Of a stretch of 64,000 nt of DNA, positions 26,157 through 38,345 are shown one piece after another (position 1 is the stretch's first letter; each line of letters starts with the position of its first letter). The stretch covers positions 120,406,001 to 120,470,000 of the forward strand of contig NC_058368.1 of NCBI RefSeq assembly GCF_018350175.1, in the 5' to 3' direction. Source of the stretch: Felis catus (taxonomy: Eukaryota). The notes beneath the pieces are model-generated. The model ran no database searches. It was not told the DNA's origin and saw only the letters and a program-made list of their open reading frames with translations. A program made the position numbers and the translations under genes.

Positions 26157-27031
26157 GAAGATGGCAGCGTAGGAGGACTCTGGGCTCACCGCACGTCCTG
26201 CTGATCACTTAGATTCCACCTACACCTGCCTAAATAATCCAGAAAACCACCAGAAGACTAGCAGACCAGAGTCTCCAGAGCCAAGTGCAGACGAGAGGCC
26301 CACGGAAGAGGGTAGGAAGGGCGGAGAGGCTGTGCGCCCTCCACGGACTGGAGGGAGGGAGCCGGGGCGGAGGGGTGGCCCACTGGCCAAGCAGAGCCCC
26401 GGGGTCTGGCTGGCAAAAGTGGAGGGGCTGGACGGAGTGTGTCCTGACAGCAAGCGGGACTTGACATCTGGAAGGTTATAAGCTAACAGCTCTGCTTGGA
26501 GAACGGGAGGGCTGAAGGACAACGGGAGGGAGAGTTGTTGAGCCCCGGACGACAGAGCTCAGCTTGGCAGGGAACAAAGGTGCTCGCCAGCGCCATCTCC
26601 CTCGCCCATCCCCCAGCCAAAATCCCAAAGGGAACCAGTTCCTGCCAGGGAACTTACTTGCACCACACAAACACCCAACGCTGTGCTTCTGCAGATCCAT
26701 CCCTCTGGCGGGTCTGACTCCCTCCTGGTGCCTCAGGGCCCCTCCCGAAGCAGATCTCCGAAGGAAAAGCCAGCTGAGCCTGCCCCTCCCGCCCCTGTGC
26801 ACCTTGCCGGTCCACCCCACCTAATACACCAGATGTGCAGCACCACAAGTCTGGCAGTGTGCAAGTAGCCCAGACGGGACATGCCACCCCACAGTGAATC
26901 CTGCCCCTAAGAGAGGAGAAGAGAAGGCACACACACCAGTCTGACTGTGGCCCCACCCACCAACGCAAGGTATTCAAGACAGCACAGGCGAAGTGCCCCC
27001 CAGTTCTGCACCATTCCAGGGACTATCCAAA
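26157..27031 (+). promoter_or_regulatory. L1 5'UTR internal promoter (CpG-rich, YY1 core AAGATGGC at 26158-26165)
   Basis: The only extended GC/CpG-rich stretch in the window. A 5'-terminal YY1 motif is an established feature of mammalian L1 promoters. Confidence 0.7.
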
Positions 27032-27930
27032 ATGATGAAACGGAAGAATTCCCCTCAAAAAAAGTCCAGGAAATAACAACAGCTAACGAACTGATCAAAA
27101 AAGGATTTAAACAATATAGCAGAAAGTGAATTTAGAATAGTCATAAAATAGTCATAAAATTCATCGCTGGGCTTGAAAACAGTATAAAGGACAGCAGATA
27201 ATCTATTGCTACAGAGATCAAGGGACTAAGGAACAGCCAGGAGGAGCTAAAAAATGCTATCAATGAGCTGCAAAATAAAATGGAGACAACCACGGCTCGG
27301 ATTGAAGAGGCAGAGGAGAGAATAGGTGAACTAGAAGATAAAATTGTGGAAAAAGAAGAAGCTGAGAAAAAGAGAGATAAAAAAATCCAGGAGTATGAGG
27401 GGAAAATTAGAGAATTAAGTGATGCATTAAAGAGAAATAATATATGCATAATTGGTATTCCAGAGGAGGAAGAGAGAGGGAAAGGTGCTGAAGGTGTACT
27501 TGAAGAAATAATAGCTGAGAACTTCCCGGATCTGGGGAAGGAAAAAGGCATTGCAATCCAAGAGGCACAGAGAACTCCCTTCAGATGTAACTTGAATCGA
27601 TCTTCTGCACGACATATCATAGTGAAACTGGCAAAATACAAGGATAAAGAGAAAGTTCTGAAAGCAGCTAGAGATAAACGTGCTCTAACATATAAAGGGA
27701 GACCTATAAGACTCGTGACCGATCTCTCTACTGAAACTTGGCAGGCCAGAAAGGAATGGCAGGAGATCTTCAATGTGATGAACAGAAAAAAATATGCAGC
27801 CGAGAATCCTTTATCCAGCAAGTCTGTCATTTAGAATAGAAGGAGAGATAAAGATCTTCCAGAACAAAAAATAAAGGAATTCATCACCACTAAACCAGCC
27901 CTACAAGAGATCCTAAGGGGGATCCTGTGA
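27032..27930 (+). pseudogene. L1 ORF1p (coiled-coil RNA-binding protein), disrupted
   Basis: ATG at 27032 (MMKRKNSPQK). ORF 27280-27834 has RIEEAEERIGELED, KRNNICIIGIPE, RHIIVK and ARKEW. Frameshifts in A-runs, an 11-bp tandem duplication at 27138-27159 and an in-frame TAA near 27199. Stop TGA at 27928-27930. Confidence 0.93.
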
Positions 27931-27980
27931 GACAAAGTACCAAAGACATCGCTACAAGCATGAAACCTACAGACATCACA

Positions 27981-30900
27981 ATGACTCTAAACCCTTATCT
28001 TTCTATAATAACACTGAATGTAAATGGACTAAATGCGCCAACCAAAAGACATAGGGTATCAGAATGGATAAAAAAAAAACAAGACCCATCTATTTGCTGT
28101 CTACAAGAGACTAATTTTAGACCTGACAGATATATTTAGAACTCTGCATCCCAAAGCAACAGAATATACTTTCTTCTCGAGTGCACATGGAACATTCTCC
28201 AAGATAGATCACATACTGGGTCACAAAACAGCCCTTCATAAGTATACAAGAATTGAGATCATACCATGCATACTTTCAGACCACAATGCTATGAAGCTTG
28301 AAATCAACCACAGGAAAAATTCTGGAAAACCTCCAAAAGCATGGAGGTTAAAGAACACCCCACTAAAGAATAAATGGGTCAACCAGGCAATTAGAGAAGA
28401 AATTAAAAAATATGTGGAAACAAATGAAAATGAAAACACAACAATCCAAACGCTTTGGGACACAGCGAAGGCAGTCCTGAGAGGAAAATACATTGCAATC
28501 CAGGCCTATCTCAAGAAACAAGAAAAATCCCAAATACAAAATCTAACAGCACACCTAAAGGAAATAGAAGCAGAACAGCAAAGACAGCCTAAACCCAGCA
28601 GAAGAAGAGAAATAATAAAGATCAGAGCAGAAATAAACAATATAGAATGTAAAAAAACTGTAGAGCAGATCAATGAAACCAAGAGTTGGTTTTTTGAAAA
28701 AATAAACAAAATTGATAAACCTCTAGCCAGTCTTCTCAAAAAGAAAAGGGAGATGACCCAAATAGATAAAATCATGAATGAAAATGGATTACAACCAATC
28801 CCTCAGAGATACAAGCAATTATCAGGGAATACTATGAAAAATTATATGCCAACAAACTGGACAACCTGGAAGAAATGGACAAATTCCTAAGCACCCACAC
28901 ACTTCCAAACCTCAATCAGGAGGAAATAGAAAGCTTGAACAGACCCATAACCAGCGAAAAAATTGAATTAGTCATCAAAAATCTCCCAACAAATAAGAGT
29001 CCAGGACCAGATGGCTTCCCAGGGGAGTTCTACCAGATGTTTAAAGCAGAGATAATACCTATCCTTCTCAAGCTATTCCAAAAAATAGAAAGGGAAGGAA
29101 AACTTTCAGACTCATTCTATGAAGCCAGTATTACTTTGATTCCTAAACCAGACAGAGACCCAGTAAAAAAGGAGAACTACAGGCCAATATTCCTGATGAA
29201 TATGGATGCAAAAATTCTCAATAAGATACTAGCAAATCGAATTCAACAGCATATAAAAAGAATTATTCACCATGATCAAGTGGGAGTCATTCCTGGCCTG
29301 CAGGGCTGGTTCAACATTGGTAAATCAATCAGCGTGATACATCACATTAATAAAAGAAAAGATAAGAACCATATGACCCTGTCAATCCATGCAGAATAGG
29401 CATTTGACAAAATTCAGCAATGTTTCTTAATAAAAACCCTCGAGAAAGTCAGGATAGAAGGAACATACTTAAAGATCATAAAAGCCATTTATGAAAAGCC
29501 CACAGCTAACATCATCCTCAGTGGGGAAAAAACTGAGAGCTTTTCCCCTGAGATCATGAACACGACAGGGATGTCCACTCTCACTGCTGTTGTTTAACAT
29601 AGTGTTGGAAGTCCTAGCATCAGCAATCAGACAACAAAAGGAAATCAAAGGCATCAAAATTGGCAAAGATGAAGTTAAGCTTTCACTTTTTGCAGATGAC
29701 ATGATATTATACATGGAAAATCCGATAGACTCCACCAAAAGTCAGCTAGAACTGATACAAGAATTTAGCAAAGTTGCAGGATACAAAATCAATGTACAGA
29801 AATCAGTTGCATTCTTATACACTAATAATGAAGCAACAGAAAAATAAAGAAACTGATCCCATTCACAATTGCACCAAGAAGCATAAAATTCCTAGGAATA
29901 AATCTAACCAAAGATGTAAAAGATCTGTATGCTGAAAACTATAGAAAGCTTAGGAAGGAAATTGAAGAAGATATAAAGAAAGGGAAAGACATTCCGTGCT
30001 CATGGATTGGAAGAATAAATATTGCTAAAATGTCAATACTACCCAAAGCTATCTACACATTCAATGCAATCCCAATCAAAATTGCACCAGCATTCTTCTC
30101 GAAACTAGAACAAGCAATCCTAAAATTCATATTGAACCACAAAAGACCCCGAATAGCCAAAGTAATTTTGAAGAAGAAGACCAAAGCAGGAGGCATCACA
30201 ATCCCAGACTTTAGCCTCTACTACAAAGCTGTCATCATCAAGACAGCATGGTATTCGCACAAAAACAGACACATAGACCAATGGAATAGAATAGAAACCC
30301 CAGAACTAGACCCACAAACGTATGGCCAACTCATCTTTGACAAAGCAGGAAAGAACATCCAATGGAAAAAAGACAGTCTCTTTAACAAATGGTGCTGGGA
30401 GAACTGGACAGCAACATGCAGAAGAATGAAACTAGACCACTTTCTCACACCATTCACAAAAATAAACTCAAAATGGATAAAGGATCTGAATGTGAGACAG
30501 GAAACCATCAAAACCTTAGAGGAGAAAGCAGGAAAAGACCTCTCTGACCTCAGCCGTAGCAATCTCTTACTCGACACATCCCCAAAGGCAAGGGAATTAA
30601 AAGCAAAAATGAACTACTGGGACCTTATGAAGATAAAAAGCTTCTGCACAGCAAAGAAGACAACCAACAAAACTAAAAGGCAACCAACGGAATGGGAAAA
30701 GATATTTGCAAATGACATATTGGACAAAGGGCTAGTATCCAAAATCTATAAAGAGCTCACCAAACTCCACACCTGAAAAACAATCAGTGAAGAAATGGGC
30801 AGAAAACATGAATAGACACTTCTCTAAAGAAGACATCCGCATGGCCAACAGGCACATGAAAAGATGCTCAACGTCTCTCCTCATCAGGGAAATACAAATC

Positions 30901-31410
30901 AAAACCACACTCAGATATCACCTCACTCCAGTCAGAGTGGCCAAAATGAACAAATCAGGAGACTATAAATGCTGGAGAGGATGTGGAGAAACGGGAACCC
31001 TCTTGCACTGTTGGTGGGAATGCGAACTGGTGCAGCCGCTCTGGAAAACAGGGTGGAGGTTCTTCAAAAAATTAAAATTAGACCTACCCTTTGACCCAGC
31101 AATAGCATTGCTAGGAATTTACCCAAGGGACACAGGAGTACTGATGCATAGGGGCACTTGTACCCCACTGTTTATAGCAGCACTCTCAACAATAGCCAAA
31201 TTGTGGAAAGAGCCTAAATGTCCATCAACTGATGAATGGATAAAGAAATTGTGGTTTATATACACAATGGAGTACTACGTGGCAATGAGAAAAAATGAAA
31301 TATGGCCTTTTGTAGCAACATGGATGGAACTGGAGAGTGTGATGCTAAGTGAAATAAGCCATACAGAGAAAGACAGATACCATATGTTTTCACCCTTATG
31401 TGGATCCTGA
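27981..31410 (+). pseudogene. L1 ORF2p (endonuclease/reverse transcriptase), disrupted
   Basis: MTLNPYLSIITLNVNGLN..CCLQET (EN), KSPGPDGF and NYRPI (Z domain/RT), LFADDM (RT catalytic) and CWRGCGE..HCWWEC (Cys domain). Multiple frameshifts and stops plus an EN deletion. Confidence 0.95.
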
Positions 31411-32121
31411 GAAACTTAACAGAAACCCATGGGGGAGGGGAAGGAAAAAAAAGAAAAAAAAGAGGTTAGAGTGGGAGAGAGCCAAAGCATAAGAGACTCT
31501 TAAAAACTGAGAACAAACTGAGGGTTGATGGGGGATGGGAGGGAGGGGGGGTGGGTGATGGGTATTGAGGAGGGCACCTTTTGGGATGAGCACTGGGTGT
31601 TGAATGGAAACCAATTCGACAATAAACTTCATATATTGAAAAACAAAAACAAAAACAAAAACAAACAAAGTGGGTCCAGATAGGTGGCTTGGCTTCAGGC
31701 TATAGCGACTGGCATAGCTCTGTCCTGCAATGGTAGAGGTGCAAGAAAACAAGCAAAACAGGGGAGGTCTTTTAGGTTTTGAATTTGGAACTAGCAAGCT
31801 GTTATTTACACCCATAAACCACTGCCCCCCCCCCCCCGAAAAAAAACCATACAGACAAGCCAAAGTCAAGGAGCAAAGATAAACACTGCCTGAAGATGAA
31901 GTTATGAAAAGGAAAAGGTGCAAAGGAGATGACTATTTGGGGCATATACTTTATCACCCGGAATTATATGATGGAGAATGGAGTAAAGGGCGTTTAGGTT
32001 GAATATTTTGGTTAAGACATCTTTGTGGTGAGGTCTGAATGATGAAGAGAGTCATGTGAAGAGATAACTTGAGAACACTTTTGTAGCAAATGGCTATGAA
32101 ATGGGAATAATTTCAGAGTTG

Positions 32122-32733
32122 CCAAATGATGGTGTTACCAATCCATCTATCACAAACACGAGCCCTGGTGCTACTGGGGCCAACCTCTAAGTCAGGGAAT
32201 CCCAAGGGGCTGGAAAAATCGACAGTATAGCTCTTGGCTGGGTTTGCCAACAGTGTTGTTTGCAACAAATAAATTTGTGGCAAGAGCAGCCAATAACTCA
32301 GGAGAGGAGGGTTTGGAAAAGAGAAAGGGAGAAATTTATTTCATGTGCCAGCAGCTGGGGGAGAGGTGACAGGCTCAAGCATTAACAAGCAAACTCTTCA
32401 TCAGCAAGCTATTTAGAGTTTTAAAAGAGGTTTTGGGCGGGGGGCGGGGGGCGGTACGCACAAGAGAGCAGGTGTAGAGTGCATGATCCTGGGTGGCGGT
32501 CAGTATGTGTTCAGCCCATGATAATGCACAGGGAAGGGGACACGTGGGATTTGGTCTCCTAGGCATTACACTGCTGTCAGGGCTTTTCGGCCTGGCAGTT
32601 TAAATGTTCCTGTCATTGCAAAACATCTTCATCTGTGCCTCAAGAAGGTGCAATAGGACATAATAAGTGGGTTTCAATTAAGCATCAGTTAAGCAGTCTT
32701 GTCTGTTTCTCATTTTGACTCTTAGGGTCTACA
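32122..32733 (-). mobile_element. Probable ERV1-class solo LTR
   Basis: GC-richer 612-bp insert in L2. Minus strand starts TGTAGACC, with a GC-box run at 32435-32455, TTTTAAAA at ~32419 and AATAAA at 32335-32340. 4-bp GTTG repeat at 32118-32121 and 32734-32737. The terminal CA at the other end is not evident. Confidence 0.6.
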
Positions 32734-32737
32734 GTTG

Positions 32738-33250
32738 AGCAAGTGGGCTCAGTGACAGTGGGAAGATCAGAGTGGTTGAAATATGGTAAGCAAAAAAAAT
32801 AATAAAAGAATGTTACAGAAGACATTACGATGTAAGCAGAGGCCAAATTATTGAGGTCCTTATAGTCCACATATTAATACTGAATTTTATTTGGATTATA
32901 AGGGGACCCACTGGAGTAATTTAAGAAGGGGAAAATAATGATAAGAATTTTATTTTTAGGATATCACGTTGGCTGCTCTATGGAAAGTTACTTGTGAGGC
33001 GCAAGAGAAGAAGCAGGGAGAAATGTTAGATATTATTGCAATGCTGTAGGTAAAGGACAATGGTGGTTTACACTAAGGTTGTAGCAGTAGCAGTAGGTAT
33101 AAAGACAAGTGTACTGATGATACAGTGCATTTTGTAGCCAGATCCAGTAGGTCTTGTTGGTAGTAGGATTGGAGCTATTTATAGGAGTAATAAAATGGAA
33201 AGGGGAAAATGTCAGTTGGAAACTGATTGTCATTTATCTGGATAAGAAAG
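32738..33250 (-). mobile_element. L2 fragment (continues 25845-26030 and 31960-32117)
   Basis: GGGGACCCACTGGAGTAATTTAAG, GGATATCACGTTGGCTGCTCTATGGA and GAAGCAGGGAGA motifs. Confidence 0.65.
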
Positions 33251-34615
33251 GGATTTTTTGTGCATATGAAATATTATTATAGTTCTAAACAGGTAATATT
33301 AATGTAAGCTTGGTTTTCTGTTTTGTTTTAACTTGGAGTAGATGAGAGAGCTCATCTCAGATTGGTTTAGATTTGGGTTAAGTAGAAGAAATTTCAATGG
33401 CTCGTAGGCTTTTTTTTTTTTTTAACGTCTTATAAGAAAGGTTTTCCTTCAGAAATACTACCTAGAACTCTAGGTAACAAGCATATATATAAGACAAATT
33501 AAAATTTTTTAGTATCAGCTCAGCCATGCACATGGATTTGGGTCTCTGGACTCTGTTTCACTCCAATTGTCAAAGCACCTGCGTTGGTCATCAATTTATC
33601 ACGATACAGTACAGGTAAGGAATGTCAAGAAGGCAGAACTGACATACTGCTTAGAGGCTGTACATGAGTGCTGCACAGGCAAATACACCCCATTTTGTAG
33701 AAAGTGGTTTGCGCAGAAGAAGCGCTGAAAAGATGAACTGTCTATCAGAATTCTATAAAGAGACAGTTACAGAATTATATATGCTTGTTATTAGTATCAC
33801 TAAAGTCATGCCACTTTAATGGGCCAATTCTAGATAAAAGCACAAATGAGCCCCAGGCAGCAGTGAGAAATTAACCATGAAAAGATGGCACAGGGTGTTT
33901 AAAAGGCAGTGTTTAAGATTCACCCTCTGTCCCAGGGGTTTAACGGTCCACATTAAAAATTAAACACAAAGAGATGGAAAGGGAAATATACTTAGAAAAC
34001 CCTTTACTGGTAAATAAGAAGCACAGAAATGTTGCAGTGGTCAGCAAGAAGTTGCCAAAGTCCTGATAGCTGCTGGAGACTGGTCTGATTCCAGGAGCTC
34101 TTCCTTGTCTAAAATGATCGGTGTCTTTAAGAAACAAATGCTAACCCTACCTTTTCACTAAAATTTACCAGAGTATTCATCCCATGAAGTGTACATTTAT
34201 AAAGTTGTGAAACTTTGGCATTCTGTAATTTTATTTTATTTTTTATGTAACAGTTATGCTTATATCTAAATGGCACCAAAATACTAACATATTGAAGAGA
34301 AACATCTTAAATAAAAATGTGTTTGTTCAGTCTTGACAAACATTTCTCATGACATTCTAGATTATTTAGGGGGTAGTCATCTTGTGTCTTCATATGGATG
34401 GTGATTATGTTTGGTAGACATTATGGGTGACAAAACTTGTGGCAGGCAATGGAAGAATTTGAGAAAAATACCAGTAATAATTTTTATTTTTACAAAAAAT
34501 TGGACTAATTTTTAAGTGCCTCATTGAGTGCAGTCCTGGAAAAAGCACTTTACATAAATTATCTCATGTTATATTCATATAGTTCCAAATGAAGGGCTTA
34601 AAAGGAATTATATTG

Positions 34616-34837
34616 GGGGGCCTGGGTAGCTCAGTCGGTTAAGCGTCCGACTTCAGCTCAGGTCATGATCTCATGGTTCATGGGTTCGAGTCCCGTGTCG
34701 GGCCCTGTTCTGACACCTAGGAGCCTGGAGCCTGCTTCTGATTCTGTGTCTCCCTCTCTCTCTGCCCGTCCCCTGCTCGTGTTTTGTCTCTCTCTGTCTC
34801 TCAAAAATAAAATAAATGTAAAAAAAAAATTTTTTTA
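34616..34837 (+). mobile_element. CanSINE (felid type)
   Basis: Full head to A-tail. TSD AAAAGGAAT(T/C)ATATTGG at ~34600 and ~34838. Confidence 0.95.
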
Positions 34838-36264
34838 AAAAGGAATCATATTGGGTATCAAACTGTCATATTCCCCATTCACTGCAAATGAATGTCAATC
34901 ATTCACAATGTTCAGAAAATCATAGAATTCTAGTGACTTTGGGCTCTAGCTGAAAACACCTTAGATTCAGCTCTCACCATTGATAATTCATAGGAGTATT
35001 GACCTTCTTTCCTATATTTTTATGTTTGTTAAAATGAACATGATCAATATTTGTGGGATATTCACATATGTTGTAGTGAATTGGGGTCATCTGTAAATAT
35101 AGGATAAAAGGACTTGGGATTTTCCCTGACTGTTTTCTAAAAGTCTGTTCTCCATGGACTCAGTGTCTGCTTCTGGGCTTTCTGCCCTAGGTTATCTGTT
35201 CTCTGTCCCGGTAAGAATGGAGTAGGTAATGGGAAGTCATCTACTTTCCTTCACTCAAGTGGGTCCTCTCTTAGTCATTTGGATTCTGTAAGAAATGGTG
35301 CTACAGTGGTTACCAGAGAACAGTTTCTTTAGTTAGGAATGCTGGCTCATTTATCACCTCTCAGAAGTAGTGTGGATGAAAGTGAAACAAGAAGGCTGAG
35401 AATTCTTTCATTATCCAAATCTAGTGACAGAATATCCCTTGGGTTCTAAGGGACTCCCATAGAAAGAAGACTTAATCCTTTGAGACTTCCCAGGGCACAT
35501 ATTCTAACACCCCTCTGCCACTTAGCATAATTTTTACTGAACTAAAAGATTCTCTGAATTAAAAATCTGAAGCTTCCACTGATCCTCAGGTCCTCTCCCC
35601 TCTCCTGCTGCAAGCAGTCTATGCTTTAAGAGTCTGTTACTCTCTTGTCCCTCTTGTTTGTACTTCCATGTGATTAACATAGTATACCAAACAGGCTGCA
35701 TTCTCCAAGCATACAGGCAAATGCTGACGTTCAGTCCAGGCTGATGAGTGCTGTGTATCCTTCATAATTTTCAGACAAATAGTTGAATCCAGAAAATGAG
35801 GAAATTTATCATCTTTATCAGAAGAGAAAAAAGCATGAGGCCCATTGAGTCATGCAAAGGGCTGAACACAGATAGTAATGGCTCTCACAGATGAATGTCT
35901 CCACTGTCATTAGGCTATTCTCAATTGCCTGGGGAATTTGAAACTTGAAGGCATTAATCTGGGGATCATTTGTGGATATATCACAGGACAGGAGAGAGGA
36001 AACTAAAAGGGCAGAGTCTGGTGCCCCTGCCCTTCCAACAAACAGCAGATAAGGGCAAATTTTTCTAATCATGAGAGTATGGGTTCTATGGGAGTTGTGA
36101 GAAAATGTGTATAGAGGATGAGGCTTTGTAGGATTTAAAATCACTTCGCTTCACCTCTTATGTTCTTAGCTTTGCCTACATATAACATGCATGTGCTATA
36201 GTTGTGAGTTGGGGAGTGCACCTTGTCTGGGCATCATACAGGCCACCAAAGGGATGCAATGCAG

Positions 36265-36490
36265 AGGCACCCACTATGTGCCAGACACTCAAATAAGCAT
36301 ATTCACATGGATTAATTGTTTAATCTTCATGTAAGTGTTGTGAGGGAAGAACAGTGATCCCTAAGACAAAATGAGGAGACTGAGCCTGGGAGAAAGTAAG
36401 TGAATTAATACATCTGCTAAAGGGACATGGCTTGAATTAGAAGCTAGGGAAAGCCTGATTCGAGTCTACCCACTTGCCCTACATTTTGTT
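36265..36490 (-). mobile_element. MIR
   Basis: CCACTATGTGCCAGACAC..TTTAATCTTCA..ATGAGGAGACTGAGCC. Confidence 0.7.
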
Positions 36491-36560
36491 TTTCTCTGAT
36501 CATTACTGCCTCAGAGATCACTCCTTGATCATACTTTTGATTCAAGAAAAATTCCTTCTT

Positions 36561-36755
36561 AGGGACACCTATGTGGCTTAGTCAGTTAAGTGTCTGACTC
36601 TTGATTTCCACTCAGGTCATGATCTCACAGTGGTGAGATCAAGCCCCGCATCGGCTTCCACACTGAGGGTGACCCCTGCTTGAGATTCATTCTCATTCTC
36701 TCTCTCTCAATCTCTCTCTCTAAATTAATAAAGAAGATTTAAAAAAAAAAATTTA
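36561..36755 (+). mobile_element. Older CanSINE
   Basis: GGGACACCTATGTGGCTTAGTCAGTTAAG..CTCAGGTCATGATCTC, (CT)n block and A-tail. Confidence 0.9.
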
Positions 36756-37175
36756 AACCCTTGATTCAAGAACTTTATGGAAGATAAGAAGAAAGGATGG
36801 AGGGAGGAAAGGAAGGAAGGAAGGACAGAAGAAAAATATATTTTCGGTATTCACTCTCATGAATATATAGAGCAGCCTTCTGGATGCTCTGGGGGTAGGG
36901 GAGTGGTTTGGTTCTTATCTGATTCCTCCCTGAGGGATCATTAAGGTACTTCTGGAAAGGTTCCAAGTTGCTAATCTGGGAAACCAGTACGATAGGGTCA
37001 TTTTAGGGACTAAAACTCCGTACAGACCAGAGGCCTGTCAACTCAGGGAACAGCATGGGTGGAGCCATGAGTTTGCATTAAACGTAGAGAGGACACAATA
37101 CCCAGTCATTTTTTCTTACCCAAGTCATTGTGTTTACCCAAGTTGTTTTGTAGACACAAAAACGGTCATCTAGAA

Positions 37176-37374
37176 AAGGAGCTGGCAAACTGTGGCCCAA
37201 TAGTCCAATTGGACCCACATCTATTTTTGTTTGGCTGTCAAGCTTAAGAATGAATTTTATATTTTGAAAGGTTGTAAAAATTAGCAAAGAATATGTAACT
37301 GAAACTGTGAACGGCCCAAAACACCTAAAATATTTACAAACTGGCCCTTTTCAGAAAAGTTTTGCCAACCCTTG
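37176..37374 (+). mobile_element. MER58-family hAT-Charlie MITE
   Basis: TIRs AAGGAGCTGGCAAAC and TTTGCCAACCCTTG, internal CCTAAAATATTTAC..CTGGCCCTTT. Flanks ATCTAGAA/CCCTGGAA resemble the NTCTAGAN target. Confidence 0.85.
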
Positions 37375-37650
37375 CCCTGGAATGCTTAGCCACGATGATT
37401 TCCGTTTTATCTTTAGCCAATTCAGCAGTGACGATTTCATGGTAATGCCACGAGCAGTACCTCTAATGCCACATTTCTTCCCTGGAGGCAAGTAGCTCAC
37501 TATGCTTCTCAGAGGGTTCAGTCTCTTGTCAAACCACATTATGCTTGTGGAGGTGGCAGGCTCGTCTTCTCGGGAGACAGGTATAGGGGCACACAGTGAT
37601 GAGCTCTTTCCTAAGGATGTGGTGTTTCCAGACTGGTGAGATACTCAGAA

Positions 37651-38345
37651 TTATGAGGTTTTTTGGGATGATGGAGTCTTGTGGGTCTGAAGCCAATGGC
37701 CAAGAAAGAATTCTTGAAGACGTCTTTGGTTCCAAAAAGGTGATTTTATTGAAGCCCGGGGATAGGACCTGTGAGCAGAAAGAGCTGTCCAGTATCCATG
37801 AGGAGAGACTGGTTATATATTATGGACTTAGGGGAGGGAAAGTCCAGGGGAAGTTTACAACAAGATTTTCATAAGCTAAAGAAGACTCACAGGATCCTGG
37901 AGGCCTAGCTATTGTCAAGCTAAGGTTGTTTTTCCCTGGAGCAAAGCATTAGCATTAAGTCAGAAGTTCCTGGAGAAACTACTCGGCCTGACTCAAGTAT
38001 TTGTCAATAGGCTGCAGGTTATAAGGAAATTTAGTTCTATCTGCCATTTCCTTCTGCCTTTTTTTCCCACATCACTATGGAGGGGGGATGTTGAGGCTCC
38101 AGGAAACAGAGTCTATTGGCTTCTTGAGATTAGGCTACTGATAAGATTGCCTTTTTCTTGTAATTTAGTAAGATATTTGTAAATAGATGGAGAGTCAGGT
38201 CTTGCAGGACTATGATCTCTATCAGTTAACCTTTTGTTTTCCCCCTTTCCTTTGTTCTTGGGCAGCCAGGAGTGTCAAAGGAAATCACATATCCCACCTG
38301 GGGGTGCGGGTGTTGGCAGCCCGTCAGCCTTATGCTCCCTCATCA
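37651..38345 (-). mobile_element. ERV1-class solo LTR (carnivore type), 695 bp
   Basis: Terminal inverted repeat TTATGAGG..CCTCATCA (one mismatch). 4-bp TSD AGAA at 37647-37650 and 38346-38349. Minus-strand TATA at ~37813-37822 and AATAAA at 37745-37750. Confidence 0.85.

Larger units (their letters stand above)
26157..31665 (+). mobile_element. Near full-length felid LINE-1 (L1_Fc-type), inactive, internally deleted
   Basis: 14-bp TSD CAAAGTGGGTCCAG at 26143-26156 and 31666-31679. GC-rich 5'UTR, ORF1, 50-bp spacer, ORF2, G-rich 3'UTR, AATAAA at 31621 and an (AAAAAC)n tail. Confidence 0.97.
26045..31960 (-). mobile_element. Old MaLR LTR (MLT1-type) split by the L1 insertion (parts ~26045-26156 and ~31680-31960)
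   Basis: TAACAAATCACCTCAAAACTCAATAGCTT left of the L1. GAGGTGCAAGAAAACAAGC..GGAACTAGCA..GCCAAAGTCAAGG right of it. Confidence 0.6.

Noticed and set aside
26220..27098. Several 60-114 aa ORFs on both strands in the L1 5'UTR (ORF0-like?)
   Set aside because: Expected by chance in GC-rich sequence, and many use non-ATG starts. ORF0 is described for primate L1, and I see no evidence of homology.
27141..27830. 229-aa hydrophobic minus-strand ORF
   Set aside because: Antisense shadow of the A-rich L1 ORF1. The same applies to 28236-28775, 29469-29738 and 30221-30577.
31396..31923. 175-aa minus-strand ORF
   Set aside because: Spans an MLT remnant, the L1 tail (FVFVFV) and the antisense L1 3'UTR, so it is a composite chance ORF.
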